Part shown: positions 41,413 to 54,379 of the stretch, in pieces
Layout: each line of letters begins with the position of its first letter
Numbering within the stretch: the first letter of the stretch is position 1
From: Camelus ferus
Taxonomy: Eukaryota
NCBI RefSeq assembly: GCF_009834535.1
Contig: NC_045697.1
Coordinates: 59,336,001 to 59,400,000, forward strand
Length of the DNA stretch: 64,000 nucleotides
Direction of reading: 5' to 3'
Program-made: the position numbers and the translations under genes
Notes under the pieces: generated by a model
The model's database searches: none
What the model was told of the DNA's origin: nothing
The model's input: only the letters and a program-made list of their open reading frames with translations

Positions 41413-44400
41413 GGGTTAAGCTACTTACTTATAAGATTGTGTGTGTGTGTGTGTACATATATCATTAGATAATTTTGCTTTTTTAGCTGGGTTTTACACA
41501 TTGTCCTTATTGCAGTGTTTTCACTTTGTGCAGCTAGAAATATGAACCTAGAATTTGGCAAATAGGTATTTTTGTTCATTTTCTTCTTTGGGTTTTGTTT
41601 AATACAGTGAAAGCATTGCTTCCCACCAAAATTTGTCCCTATTTTCTCACCTCAGGAAGGAGTTTTCCTTATAGCAGGAAGAAAATGCACTATCATAAAC
41701 TGTGAGAGAACAGTCTGTGCTATACAATTCTGGAATAAAATAGCCATTATTTTACATTTTGTGAGATCAAGAAATATTAATCATTTTATGTATTCTCCTA
41801 CTTTTATACATTAATTAAAAGTAAAGTTAAAGCTTCTATGCCCCCTATTTCTTTTTCTTAACAATGCAAGCATATGTCAAATTATTACTGTGGCTTATTT
41901 ACTTTATTCAATGAGATATTGAAAATTCTCTACTGTAGTTCTTTTAGAAACTATTTGATGCCACTTTAAACCTTGTATATTGGAAAAAATCTTTATGTTT
42001 TTGAGAAAATGAAATTTAAAAAAAGGCAAAATACTGAAAGATAGATGATCAGTAGTGTAGTAAGTAAGTTTACATAAAATATTCTCATAATCAGCCAATA
42101 ATTTTAATGGGGACTAAATTCATCAATATTATTGCAACATTAACTTACAGCAGAGATATAAAATTGGGAACCGTAAAGTATTTGAACTTTCTAAATACCT
42201 GAAGGGCATAGTTTACATAAAAAGACTTATTCTAGACTAGTTATCTAAAATCTTAAGTGAGTAGTTGATTTCCTTTATTATGGTCAGTATTTCCTATGAC
42301 GTATGTGCTTATTCAGTGATCTTTATCTTACCTTAAATATTCAGTTAGTAAAGTTAATTTCTTGGTGAGATGTGCTGGGGTTAATTTAATTTATACCTTT
42401 TTTGTTGTTGTTAATGTAACTCTACTGTTGGCTTTTGTTTGCATTATCCTTGAATAATGAATTCATTTTTATCCTTAATATGAATATTTTCAATTGATGG
42501 TATTCTCTGTTGAAATTCTATTATAGTTATACTCTCTTAAAATTTATTTTAAATGATTGTGGTAAAGGGAAATTGGGGATGGTGAGTGGGGTGGTAATTT
42601 TGTGTATAAATATGGTTGTGCACCTGCATTTATATATGAAGAAACAGATCCAAGCTAAGTGGAAATCATGGCTTTTCACTTTGTAGAAAATAGACATGAG
42701 ATTTATTTCATTTATCAATAGATAAACTAACAAATTATAGTTTGCTAAATTGGGATTTTTCTAAACTTTTAAAAATATTTGAAAATCTTTGATTTTAACT
42801 TTTTATGCAATGTCTAGTCATCAGACTCATTTGACATAATTTATAATGTCACATATGTTATATGTATTTAAATAAAAGTAACATGGAAAACAATCTAATT
42901 AGCCACCTGTACTGAGACTTCATACTTTCTGACTTGGGTTCAATTTTTATGGATGTTGTAGTCATGTATTTCATATTTATATTTTAAAATCATCAGAAAG
43001 ATATGTAAACACATATTACCATCTCAAGTTATTCAGCAGATTTTCAAAATTTTGAATGGCTTTAAGTTTTGAAAGATTTATTTTCTTGCCAATTGGAAAA
43101 TATCAAGAATCTGAAAGATATTTTCATAAAGAAGGAAAATGTAGAAATAGTGGAAAAGTGAATAGCCTTTTCTAGCACATTTTAGAATTAAACAATACTG
43201 GCAACCTTTAAAAAAAGAAATTATTTATTTTTGGAGGTCAAACCCAAACAAAGTGGTTATTTAATTTAACAAGATTTGGAAATTTATATTTGAGTCTTGC
43301 TACAAGGCACTAAGCATTATTCTTATTTAATATTTTATAAACGAGTTCTGGGGTATTGATTTTTTTATGTTTGAAGAAAAATGTAATTTTTGGAAAAGTT
43401 TCTCAAATGCAGCTTTTTAAGGTAAGGAATCTTAAAAAGAAAGGTTGCATGATTTTCTTAGGATAATGAGGTATCCTTAAAAACAAATCTCGTAAGTAGA
43501 ATGTAAACATAATTTAAAACAAAGTTTTTAACTCCAAGACTAACTTACATTGTCATTTGTTTTATAAATAGTTTTACAAACTATTAGACATGACAATCTT
43601 TAGTAATATAATCTATTGATTTAGACACAGCAAAGTGTTTTAACCCGTGCTGACTTCAAAACTACTTTCATTAGTAACTGTAACTTCATTAGTAACTGTA
43701 ACTGTAACTTCAAAAAAAAAACCATTTTGTAAAATACACTATGGAGATTTAAGAAAATTTATAGGTCAAAGTTGCACAATATACATTCAACTCTAGATAA
43801 TTGTCTTTCAGTGCTATAAAACACAAAGACATATATTTTGTCTCCTTTTTTGCAGTCACATTTCTTAATTTTTTCAAAAAGGAAAAAATTTTTGGATCTT
43901 TTAGAAAAACTGAAGTTGGGTATATGTGCAAAATACCTGTTTTGGGCAAAATCACATGAATTCAGAGAACTTCCATAATGCAACAACAATTTGCCAGGGA
44001 CAGTGTCAGGCAGTTTGTTATATGTGGCATTTATGATGTGGTTCAAAAATGAAAAATAAAAGGTAAAAAGAGGGATATAAAAATAGGGATATGGGTCACT
44101 GATCTCCATTTTCAAATCATTTTTCTGATATTTATTTCTTCTTTGTATTGATTTCTCCAAATCATTTCTGTGGAAACAAAGCTCTATTCACAATTAATAA
44201 GCTTGAAAAAAGGCTAATCATTTAAGTCTGCCTAAATTTCAGATATGATTACATTGCAACCCTTTTTTGATCTGTATAAATGTAATGAAAACAGTTGATA
44301 GTGGCTTTGGTGAGCATTTTTGAATGATAAGATAAAATAATATGTATTAATAATGTTGATAGTAAAGAAGATGAGTTCAGGCAGAATGTATGATCTCTGA

Positions 44401-46094
44401 ATGACAGAACATTGTAATTGTAAGTAAAACAATTTTGAGGCAAATCTCTTTGACAGACTGCTGTTTTTCTGCTTTCTAATATCTATTCCAAAGCCTATTT
44501 TGTAAGGCCACCTGTACTTGGTAAATATTCTGGCGAAGATCACATGTTTGTTGTCACAAACAGAGTAATAGCTTGCACCTGGACCAAAGGAAAAAGAAAA
44601 TCACTAAGAAGACCTTATTAGAAAGGAATTCAGCCTATGAGAGGGTGGCTTATGTACTTCTCTCTCATCAGGCCTGTTGTTATTTATGCCTCTTTGGGGC
44701 AGGAGAATAAAGTCTCCCTGTATAACTAGCTAGCCAAGACTTAAAGGGTAAAGAAGTTTCACTTCTTGCCTTTCAGTGTACCTATTCAACACACATACAC
44801 TACACCACCCACACACACCCTCACCCACACACACCCATAACAATAAAGGAACAAATGCTTACTCAGTGTAGTTTGACTCAAGATCCAAAGCCTTTAGAAG
44901 TATGCGTGGTGAATACGAAGCCAAATCAGAAATGTTTCTTTTAATGACTTTGAGTCACTGTGTGTTATTTTTGGTTGTTTTTCCTCTTGCGTGTTTCAGA
45001 ATGAACATTCAATTATCCAGGTGATTTGTCTGTGGGAGGAATGGTTTAGGCAGGAGTGGATGTTTGACCAAAAATCCCCAAGGGGCTCAAAAGGAGGGGG
45101 AGCAAAACAATATCCATGATATTTTCACTTTCCAAGTTGTTGTGGAATGTGCTTTTATTATTGCAACTTCTGGAGTCCAATAAGCTGACTAATAATTGTA
45201 GTCATCTCTGAATAGCTCAAGTGGGAGCAACTGTTTCTTACAAATTCCCAAGTAAAATTCTGTAGTTATGAGCTGTTCCATTCTGGGTACACATGAGGGG
45301 TTACAAGTGCTGGGTTTTATCACAGAATTGATTATTTTTGTAAGACACAATGAAGATATAGATGAGCGCTTTCCCAAATAGAGGATTAAAACCAAACTTC
45401 CCAGACACCTTTTCTATTCTCCTTTCTTATACAGAAGATTTTGGTACCAGAAATTGGGACAAAAAATAGTAAAATGGACAAATTTGATTGCACTGACTGG
45501 CATCCATGCTGGAGGAAAACAGGAATAGTGGGGAAGGAAACAAAAAGAAATATTACTTTATGAAAGCACACAATCAACACATCAGAGAAAACATTCCAAT
45601 AACTTAGAAAGTAGACATTAACATGCTGAAAATTGCATGAATACTTCTAAAGTATCACTCTTTATAATGTTGGCTTTGTATTTTATTTGAATGGGTACTT
45701 TAAATACCAGCTTTCCTCGATAACATTTGTAGCTGCAGTAAATTATGACAGACCATGGAGTAGCATTATTAATCCATACTTAAAGGTCTGATTCTGCTTT
45801 CTATGTTCTAGGACCACATGGAGTCTACAGATGGTACAGAATGAAATAGGCTTCAATTACTGGTTAGAGCTATCCACAAGGAGATCACATCCTCTTAACC
45901 TTATACTGACTATTCTGAACTGAGTTCTTTACAAGTTACGACACTTAGTAAAATAGCACCTACTGGGATGAGACCAGTTTATCATATTCTCTTACTCCTT
46001 AGCATTCAAAATTTTCTATTTACCATTTTGCGTTATATCCTGCACATTGCCATAGCAAAGTCATTACCATTGAATTCATAGTACATGTTATATT

Positions 46095-46132
46095 TTAAGA
46101 GTCTCATGCTCTACTGACTGAGCTAGCTGGGC
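46095..46132 (-). pseudogene. tRNA-Lys(CTT) 5'-half retropseudogene, tail-less
   Basis: Minus strand GCCCAGCTAGCTCAGTCAGTAGAGCATGAGACTCTTAA versus tRNA-Lys-CTT as I recall it, GCCCGGCTAGCTCAGTCGGTAGAGCATGAGACTCTTAA (2 CpG-type changes); TSD taca(t/c)gttatatttta at 46082-46097 and 46140-46155. Confidence 0.92.
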
Positions 46133-46849
46133 AGCTTCCTACACGTTATATTTTAGAGTGTATATGGTAACATGATCACTTTATTATTAGTAAATCATAG
46201 GGATCCATGGAAGTGTGATACTGATCCTTAGCATAGCACCATAGTGGAAGACCAATTAAATGTTTAAATTAGTTATCAAGCATCCCGTGGGGCTTATGAT
46301 GTTTATGCCATTATACCAAATACGAAGTACATAGTGAAAGCATAGTATCTTAAATCCCAAATGATACTCAATAAAGTTTTCATAAAATATTTAGATCCTC
46401 AAATTTTTTGTGGTAGCTTCATGTAAAGCATAATCATCTATCTAGATGTGTTTTTAAGAACCATGGTATTCAGAATGTAAAACTTCAGCATAAATTTGAT
46501 GAATGAGTGGATTGATTCAGTTATTAATTACTGTATTATTCAGTTAATTACTATATCTATAAAATGAGGTTAATACCTATAGAATGTGTAATATATGTAT
46601 TGACATATATCTTATTATTAATATTATTAGTGCTTCCTGTTAAGAATAATGGTTAAAAATACCTTGAATAGTATTTAGGCTGGATGTACATATCCACCAC
46701 TCCCTATTGTAAGACATCAGCCTAGTCACATGTTTATATTACCTGCCTGGTAACATAGAGCATTTTAATTTGCAGTTGCAAAGCTATTTAAGCTGTCAAA
46801 ATATGAAGTAGACATACTGAAAAAGCAAAATATTATAGCTTCAAATTCC

Positions 46850-48920
46850 TTGTAAGCCATTTGTTTACGCCTACAGTGCTCCTATAGTCTGTAATTCCTG
46901 CGGCATTGCTGTTAGTTTATTTTGCGTGAGAGATACTTTTGAAAATAAAAACATTGGTTGTCTTTCAGCTTAGAAGTTCATCCATTTGAATTAACCATCT
47001 GGCCTAATTAAGTCTTCAAGGACAAAACTCAATTTCAAAACCGTGTATATCCTAACAAACCATTGATATTGATACCTGGTATAATATTTGGGGAGAATTT
47101 TTAAAGATTCGCAATGGATGTCTTAATGATTTCCAACAACATACTGTTGCAGATAAAATGAACATGTCTTATTTGTTATTTCAGAGTTGGTACATAGACA
47201 GTTCCTTATATTTTCTTGAGTTTTCCTTGGACTAATAAAATACATGAATAATTTTTTATTTCTGTCTTGTGGCTTATTAGTTGTGTTACTTTTATCAACT
47301 TATGTAACCTCAATAAGCATAAGTACTCTTTTAGAAAGAAATTGTTATGAGCATAAAGATTACATGTGCAACGTATATGACATTCTGTGTATTGTGTCTG
47401 TTACTATTCCACACTAATTAGAAACACATTGGAAAGCAATGGCACATAATCAAATCAACAGATAAATCAAAGGCTTTGCTGTTTTGCTTTACTATGCATT
47501 ATGTCTTTGTATACTTGTTCTATACATATATTCTTCATTTGCATTTTCTTGAGTAATATCACCATTGGTTTATCTTCTCTGTATAGATGCCCTCAGATTA
47601 CTGGAAGCTATTATCTTGAGTGCCAAAGTACTGGTGGGCAGGCATTATTAAATGATTCCATGGATTCTTCATATCTAGGTCATTAAGAATAAATTATATG
47701 TTACTGTCAATTCATATTACCAAATGACGCTAAGATGGTGTTAAACTGGTCCACTGTAGTCTTGCACCATCTTAACCTGTGTTATACCATTGCTCACCTG
47801 CAGTGAACAATAAGAAAAACACATAAATCTTTGTACTCAGCTCTTCATAATTGGTGCTAAATAAATCATGACAATTAGGAAGTAAAACAGTAAAATGTTA
47901 AATAAAAAATTCCATCATTTATCCTATGACAGAGTAAATTCCATACATTCTTCCTTTCACTGTGTTGTTACTAAAGAGATGGTTTTTTGAGAGCAGCATC
48001 AAACCCTATATATACATTGATCATAGGCAGAGAAATGCAACTCATTGTAAATAATTTTGCTCAATTAAAATGTATGTTCTGGTTTAAAATAAATATTTAC
48101 GTCTCAGGGTTTTAATTATTTTGAAAAAGACTGCAGAATATTCTAGATTTGACAACATTATACTTTCTTACCACAAATGAGAATGTTTATTGCTTCTTTT
48201 CCTCTCCAATCTTGGCACAAGGTATGAAAAATAATTGTTTCTACATTTCTTGCCATCTGTTGTATGGCATTAAGATCAACTGCCCTTTTTTTTCTGTTTG
48301 TGGTGCTTTTTAAGGTTTTTTTCTTTGGTACTCAGGTCACACCATCTGATTTTTGGTTTTGTGCCCATGGGTGCACATCTGGAATAGTTGGCTTAAATAA
48401 GTTTGTGCTTATTGCTAGTTTTAATAGAGACAGTTCTCAGTGGTTATTTCCTTAGATTATCTGGTGGAGTAAATTGGTTTCATTCCAGTAGAATATCTTC
48501 CATTGCACTTGTTTTCAAAGCCATCAAGTCTCTTGTGTTAAGATTTTGGTTTCTTTCCAATTCCTTCAGCTGTAGGCTACCAGTATGGTTATGTATGAGT
48601 TGAATATTTTCAATTTTATATCCATGCTTTTAGTTTTTGTAGATTCCTTATGAATAATTTAGGAAATAATTTCTCTTTTACTCTAAACATTATTTGTTCT
48701 ATGAGTCTATAATATAAAGCGACTTAAGTTCTAGATTGATGTTAATTTGGGGTCTGAAGAGTGTTTGGTTTGACATAATTATGAGATTTAGTAAGCTAGT
48801 TGGATTTTGTGAGTCTTTTGCTAAGTTTAGTATCTTCGGGTTTTCTCTGTAGGCTGCTTGCAAGGCGGTAATATCTGATTGCCATAGCTTATTTGTACCT
48901 CCCTGAATGCTCTCCATTTC
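46850..48920 (-). mobile_element. Highly decayed RTE-clade LINE ORF fossil (MamRTE1/L4-like), endonuclease end through RT
   Basis: Manual translation gives colinear motifs resembling RTE/BovB ORF: KELERNQNLNTRDL (48566-48525; cf. KEIEENNRMGKTRDL), IFHTLCQDW (48232-48206; cf. VLHSICQQIW), QVSNGITQ (47800-47777; cf. QIGKGVRQ); many stops and frameshifts. Confidence 0.6.
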
Positions 48921-49755
48921 ACTGATGTCAGTGTAAGAGAAGGATGTCCTCCATTTGAGGATTTGAAAATAAGTGAGCCAAGGGAGAGTCAGTGTAGAAA
49001 AAGAAAGGCAGCAGAGAGAGGACAGGCCCTTGCTACCACAGATCCAGTAATAAGGAAGTGTTGTTTCAAGAAAACCAAGAAAAGGAAGGGTGTCAAGAAA
49101 AGAGTCAGAGAAAATTTTGAAATTATTATCATTAATTATGTTTCTTTACCTTGTGATTCAAAATATAGAGTAATGGCCATTCTAGAACCAAAATGAACAG
49201 GGAACTATTATTTTTCCAAGTACCCAGAAATGAGATTTTTCTTTTAAAATATATTAGCTACATTTGACCCCATCTCAAATAAAAATGTAAATACTTGGCT
49301 CAAAGCAGTACCTGAACTCATGCTGATTTATCAGTTGCTCTGCCCTGAATTGCCTGAAAGAAAGCTGATCCTACATAAAAGGAAGTAATGTTCTCCTGTT
49401 GACATGATAAATTAACTTATCATGTGCTGCACAACTATCATGATTTGCACTCCTTAACTTCTGTGGAGCTCACGTAGTGCTGAGATCTTGAATATGACCT
49501 GTAGTAAGTATATCATTTGTTCCGCTTCAATCTACTCCCCAGACATGAAAGTTCAGTATTCCATGTTCTGCCTACGTTATTATTATTTTACAAATTAAAT
49601 GAACGATTTCTATTGTTTATGAAAACTTTTTTTTTCTTCTTCAGTGTAAACTTCAAAATATAACAATTCAGTGCTCCATATAACCACCAGGAAATTCCAG
49701 TAACCAGTTAACAATGACCAATTTTATCATATTAAAGAAATTGTATGTAGATAGC

Positions 49756-49993
49756 CTTAAATCCAAGTTCTTATAATGATTTCAAGACTTTTTAGTTGTT
49801 TTTATTCATTCAAAAAATAATTTATCAATTATGCATCACATTGCTGTTTTTGCAGGTTTGAGTATAGGAATAATAACAAAATAATTATTTTAAATTTTAT
49901 TTCATTCTCTGCTAATTTATAAGCTAAATTTATGAGTGAAATAGATATTTGTAACATTCATTATTGAAATTAAACAATGTATTCGTATAGAAT
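49756..49993 (+). repeat. Local duplication, copy 1 (~238 bp)
   Basis: Near-identical to 51039-51277, about a dozen differences by eye. Confidence 0.95.
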
Positions 49994-51038
49994 TCTCAAG
50001 GAAAAAAATATGTATCTTCTGCCTAATCAGAGCACTGCTTTCCCCCAGATGTTTCTTCTTGAATATATAAGAAAAATAAAACTCTCAGAATCTGCTAGAC
50101 AATTCTGATGGTAACACCAGCAACCACTTAAGACAGGAAGAGACAGAAACTAATTAAAATTTTATTTGAACAGTAATTCTATGAATGGTTAATTGGTTGC
50201 TGTTGCAACACCCCCAGGGAATGTTTGATTATTTCAAGAGATGGAGTAAAATTCCCAACCACATCAGGAAAAATTACTCAATTTAATTTAAAATATACAA
50301 CATCAAACCTTACTTTGGAAATCAGACGTCTATACATCACAGCCTTTGGAAAGATAAATGTGAATTCAGAATCAAGAAAAAAAGATGATAATCTATATGA
50401 GCCTACATACCAAATTCTAACGAAAAACACTATACTCTGTTTGTTTTCACCTGTTGAGTTAATTAATGGAAAGACACTTGAGAGGAAAACTTTAATTCTC
50501 AGAAAGACACCATTGAGTTGAATTCCATTTTTGAGAATGTTAGATAATAAATTAGTATTTGTGAATTTGTGGTTAAAAAATAAAGTACAAAAATAATTTC
50601 ATAATTAGAAGGATTAGGTAAAAATTTAAAAAAAATCTAGCTTCTAATATGGGTATAGATGACAAAGAGACAGTTTTTCCAGTCTATACAAATGAAATAA
50701 CATATTTGTAGAGGAGAAAAGTTGTGGATTAAACATTCAGAATTGAAACATTAAGTACACAAGGTAGTTTCAGGAGAAGTGTGTCATGAACCAAAATAAT
50801 TTGCTGTAACAAATTTTAACAATATTCCAGACACCTGATTCTTAGAGATGTTATTACTTTTGATAGTGAATATCAAACATTTTACTTGGCTTATTTTGTA
50901 GAATTACCAGCATAGGGAGATGAAAAAAATGCACTTTAGTTTAGCTTTATTCTCAAATTGTGACCCATGTGGGTCATTTTATTTCTCAGAAATATCTTCT
51001 TCACTATTCTGCCACGACATGCTCTCCCAGAAATGCTG

Positions 51039-51277
51039 CTTAAATCCAAGTTCTTATAATGATTTCAAGACTTTTTAGTTGTTTTTATTCATTCAAAAAA
51101 TAATTTATCAATTATGCATTACATTGCTTCTTTGCAGATTTGAGTATAGGAATAATAACAGAAAATAATTATTTTAAATTTTATTTCATTTTCCGCTAAC
51201 TTATAAGCTAAATTTATGAGTCAAATAGATATTTGTAACATTCATTATTGAAACTAAACAATGTATTCATACAGAAT
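51039..51277 (+). repeat. Local duplication, copy 2
   Basis: 'cttaaatccaagttcttataatgatttcaagac...aacaatgtattcatacagaat', offset 1283 bp from copy 1. Confidence 0.95.
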
Positions 51278-51395
51278 ACACTAGTGGGCCCTGCTAAATG
51301 TTTTGTGAGCCAAGTTAATGTGTTGTTTTAATCTACTACTATTTGGTATAAATTGTTATGCAACTGTATTTTTAAGTATAAGTTTTATCAACATT

Positions 51396-51831
51396 TAGCT
51401 ATGGCAAGACCAAAAGATCAGAAGAGGACTGCCAATTAAAAGATTGTTGTGTGCACAGTTCCCAAGAGGAGGTGGCATTCCAAGCCACAGAAAGTCCCAT
51501 GGGGAAACACCATGGTCTATTGGGAGGTAGAGGAAGCAAAGAGAAGTGTGGACAAGAGACCTTACTGTGGTTCCACAGGAAGGCATGGACAGAGTTAGCA
51601 GGCTTAAGATAGACTAGTTTGAATAATTGTGGTGGGCTCTGGAGCAGAGTTGTTGTTGTGTGGGCTCTAGATTGCTTTGGGTTTTTTTTTGAAAGTTAAA
51701 CTCAAGGGTGAGTTGTTTAGTACCTGTAGGAATTAGCTAGTCCTGGGAGGGGCATTTCCTCTAGGGACAGCAAGGCCCCATACACCAAAGCATGAAAATA
51801 CAGAAAATAACAAATAATGGTTAACTAGACA
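51396..51831. mobile_element. Solo LTR of an ERV family nested in the MLT1 element
   Basis: GC-elevated block 'gcaggcttaagatagactagtttgaataatt...gggacagcaaggcccca...aaatacagaaaataa...ggttaactagaca'; family not assigned. Confidence 0.6.
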
Positions 51832-51837
51832 GCCAGA

Positions 51838-51934
51838 ATATATATGTGTGTATACACACACACACACATGCACACACATATATACATATATTTGTGTGTG
51901 TGTGTGTGTATATAAATATATATATGTACACATA
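51838..51934. repeat. Compound TA/CA/TG microsatellite
   Basis: Direct reading. Confidence 0.9.
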
Positions 51935-53479
51935 GACTGTGGGGTAGGAAACAGCTGGAAGAACAAAAGAAAAAGCCCAATGGTGTATGAGTTGGCTGTT
52001 GATGGTTGCTTAAAGGAAAGTGAATGAGATGTTATTGGAAGCTGGAGACTAGAGAAAACTTGTGTAGTGGTACAAAGTTTCACAATTGCCTACAGTAATG
52101 TGGAAAATAGAAAATATGACTAATGAACTGATAACCTAGCTAAGGAGATTTCAGGTAGAGTGATGAAGGTACTTCCAGGCATTTTCCTGTTGAGTATTAT
52201 AAAATTAAAGAGGAAAACTATAAGATAAGAAAGAACTAGCAAGTACAAATCAGCAAGTACAAATCAGCAAGTACTTGTTAGGCTTGAAAATAGATTTGTT
52301 CCCCATTCCCAGATGGAAACAATACTAAATTTAAGAAATCACTTCCAGACAAACATTGTATCAGTGTATTGTCATAAAAACATGGTCTGTAGATGAGGAC
52401 AAGAATGTAACTATATATCCTCTTGTTAAGAATTCAGAAGGATTTGAGGTAGTACTTCGATGAAACAATATTTCTTTTTAGTGTCTCATATATTCTGTCT
52501 GTTAAAAAATAAGGCTTCTAAGACTATAAGGGGCATTGTCCTTAAATAATTTTATAGAATATCCACAATACATAACGTCTTGTTTCAAGGAGATTTATGG
52601 GTATAGATTTTATCTAATGAATTAAATTATAATAGGATTTACTAGAAATCTATAGATGCTGTAAGAGAATAATATTGGTGGAAACACTGCCAGCTTGAAC
52701 TAAAGGACACAGAGGTAGTGTCAAATGAAGACACCTTTGGATCCTCAAACTTCTATAGATAGGAAGCAGGCTGGAAGAATCATTCATCTGCAAACACCAA
52801 CAACTTTTTATGGCAAATGAAGAGTAATTTAGAGGAAGCTACCAAAAGCCCAGAAGGCAATGCCAAGAGCTGTAGATTATCATTACTGTCAGCGTGTGTC
52901 CAGCTGGAATTTAGAATTTCTATGGACCTGTGATTTCTTAGTGCCTTAAATTTTCCACCCATTAGACTAAAGGATCTCTAGCTTGTCTTACCATAGTATG
53001 TTAGGGTTGTAGTTTGTCTGTTTAGTTTACAGGTCTTCAGATCAACAGGAAATATTCTCTAGAAGTTACACTAGACAAATTGTACCTGAGGAGCTTCACT
53101 TATAGTTGAAACTGTTTCAGAAGATCCTGTACCTCAATCCTGAAATGAATGCCATAATAAGACTCTGTAGGATGTTGAGAAAGGGGTGATTGCATTTTGC
53201 ACATGAGACAAATATGAATTATTATGACCAGAGAATAGACAGTGGTAGATTATGGTTTCCAAGAAATGCTCTCAGCAATATTTCCAGACCTCATGGACTT
53301 CCAGAAGCTTGCCTATTGTTTTAAGCTACTAAATATGGGATCATTTTTAGTAGTTTAATGAATTTGAGCAGAATGATCCTTTCAAGGTAAATAGAAATTC
53401 TCACTCTATCCTTACCGTAATGTTTATAAATATGTAGATTAAAAAAAATCTCTTTTTGATTGATAATTATAGGAATATA

Positions 53480-53790
53480 TGTAACTTTTCACATCCTGTA
53501 ATTGCAGAAGCCAGGATTCAAATCCAGGCGATCTTATTTCAGAGGCTTTGCTCTTAGTAACAATGCTATGTTGTTTATTTATCATTTATGGAACACCTCT
53601 TTTATATCATGCACCATACTGTTTTGCAACCAAACAAAAAGAAACTTATTATCATTATTTAACAGTTAGAGAAAACCTACACAGCGAAGTAAAATTACTT
53701 GCTCAAAGTCACAGAGCATGAGAGTGGCAAAACAGTCTTGAACCCAGGAAGTCAAACTTTAGAATCCCTGCTTTTAAACAATGCCGTATA
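53480..53790 (-). mobile_element. MIR fragments
   Basis: 'gcagaagccaggattcaaatccagg'; 'acttgctcaaagtcacagagc...ttgaacccagg'. Confidence 0.75.
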
Positions 53791-54379
53791 CTGCTGCTAT
53801 GGCTACTGGTTTAGCACTCTTATCTTTTTTTTTTCTCCAGCAGATCTCAAATTCATTACTTTCTTTTCAGAAAACAGAATAGATAAAAAACTAAAGCTGT
53901 AGCAGCACAGTTTGGATGCCACCAGATTATCTCCTAATCATTGACTCTACCCTCAGGTAGTGAGATGATTTACAAAAATAGCCTTTTCCAGGAGGCTCAA
54001 TTTTTCTCAAATTTCTGCATTGTTTAAATAATCATTTAGATTGTCCTAAATATAGACAGGCAGATATTCTGGTGATTGTAGTAATAGAAAGGTCCTGAAT
54101 TTCAGTGCTTGTCATTAAAGATGTGCCTTTTTGAATTGCCAGATTACTTTTTTTTCCCTGTGCTTCTGTCTCATTTTTTGTAAAATTAATTTTTAAAAAA
54201 ACACATATCCTGACTACTCGTCTGCAAAATCCTTTCAGTAGCCATGGCATCCAGAATGTAGAGTGTTAATATAGATTCAATGAATGAACGGATTAATTTA
54301 GGGTCAGATATTTAATTAGTCTATCAAATAGGGTTAGTACCCCTCCCTGCACACTTTTTTTTTAAAACAAATAATTTTA

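Larger units (their letters stand above)
50990..53350 (+). mobile_element. MLT1 MaLR remnant: 5' LTR pieces, internal region (~51940-53240) and deleted 3' LTR
   Basis: Internal motifs 'gttattggaagctggag', 'aatgtggaaaatagaaaatatgactaatgaactg...ctaaggagatttc', PPT-side 'ggggtgattgcattttgcacatgaga'; LTR pieces 'catgctctcccagaa' (51018) and 'catggacttccagaagcttgcc' (53292). Confidence 0.7.

Noticed and set aside
43668..43712. Short tandem duplication (ttcattagtaactgtaac); another at 52238-52274 (agcaagtacaaatc)
   Set aside because: Ordinary slippage repeats with no spacers; not CRISPR-like.
45405..45560. Strong + strand splice acceptor and short frame
   Set aside because: No convincing donor; 'gattttggtaccagaa' resembles an ERVL/MaLR internal start, and the frame stops quickly.
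48160..48300. RKKR followed by a helical segment, suggesting a furin site in an endogenous viral glycoprotein
   Set aside because: Flanking motifs fit an RTE LINE ORF colinearly; no signal peptide, fusion peptide or membrane anchor seen.
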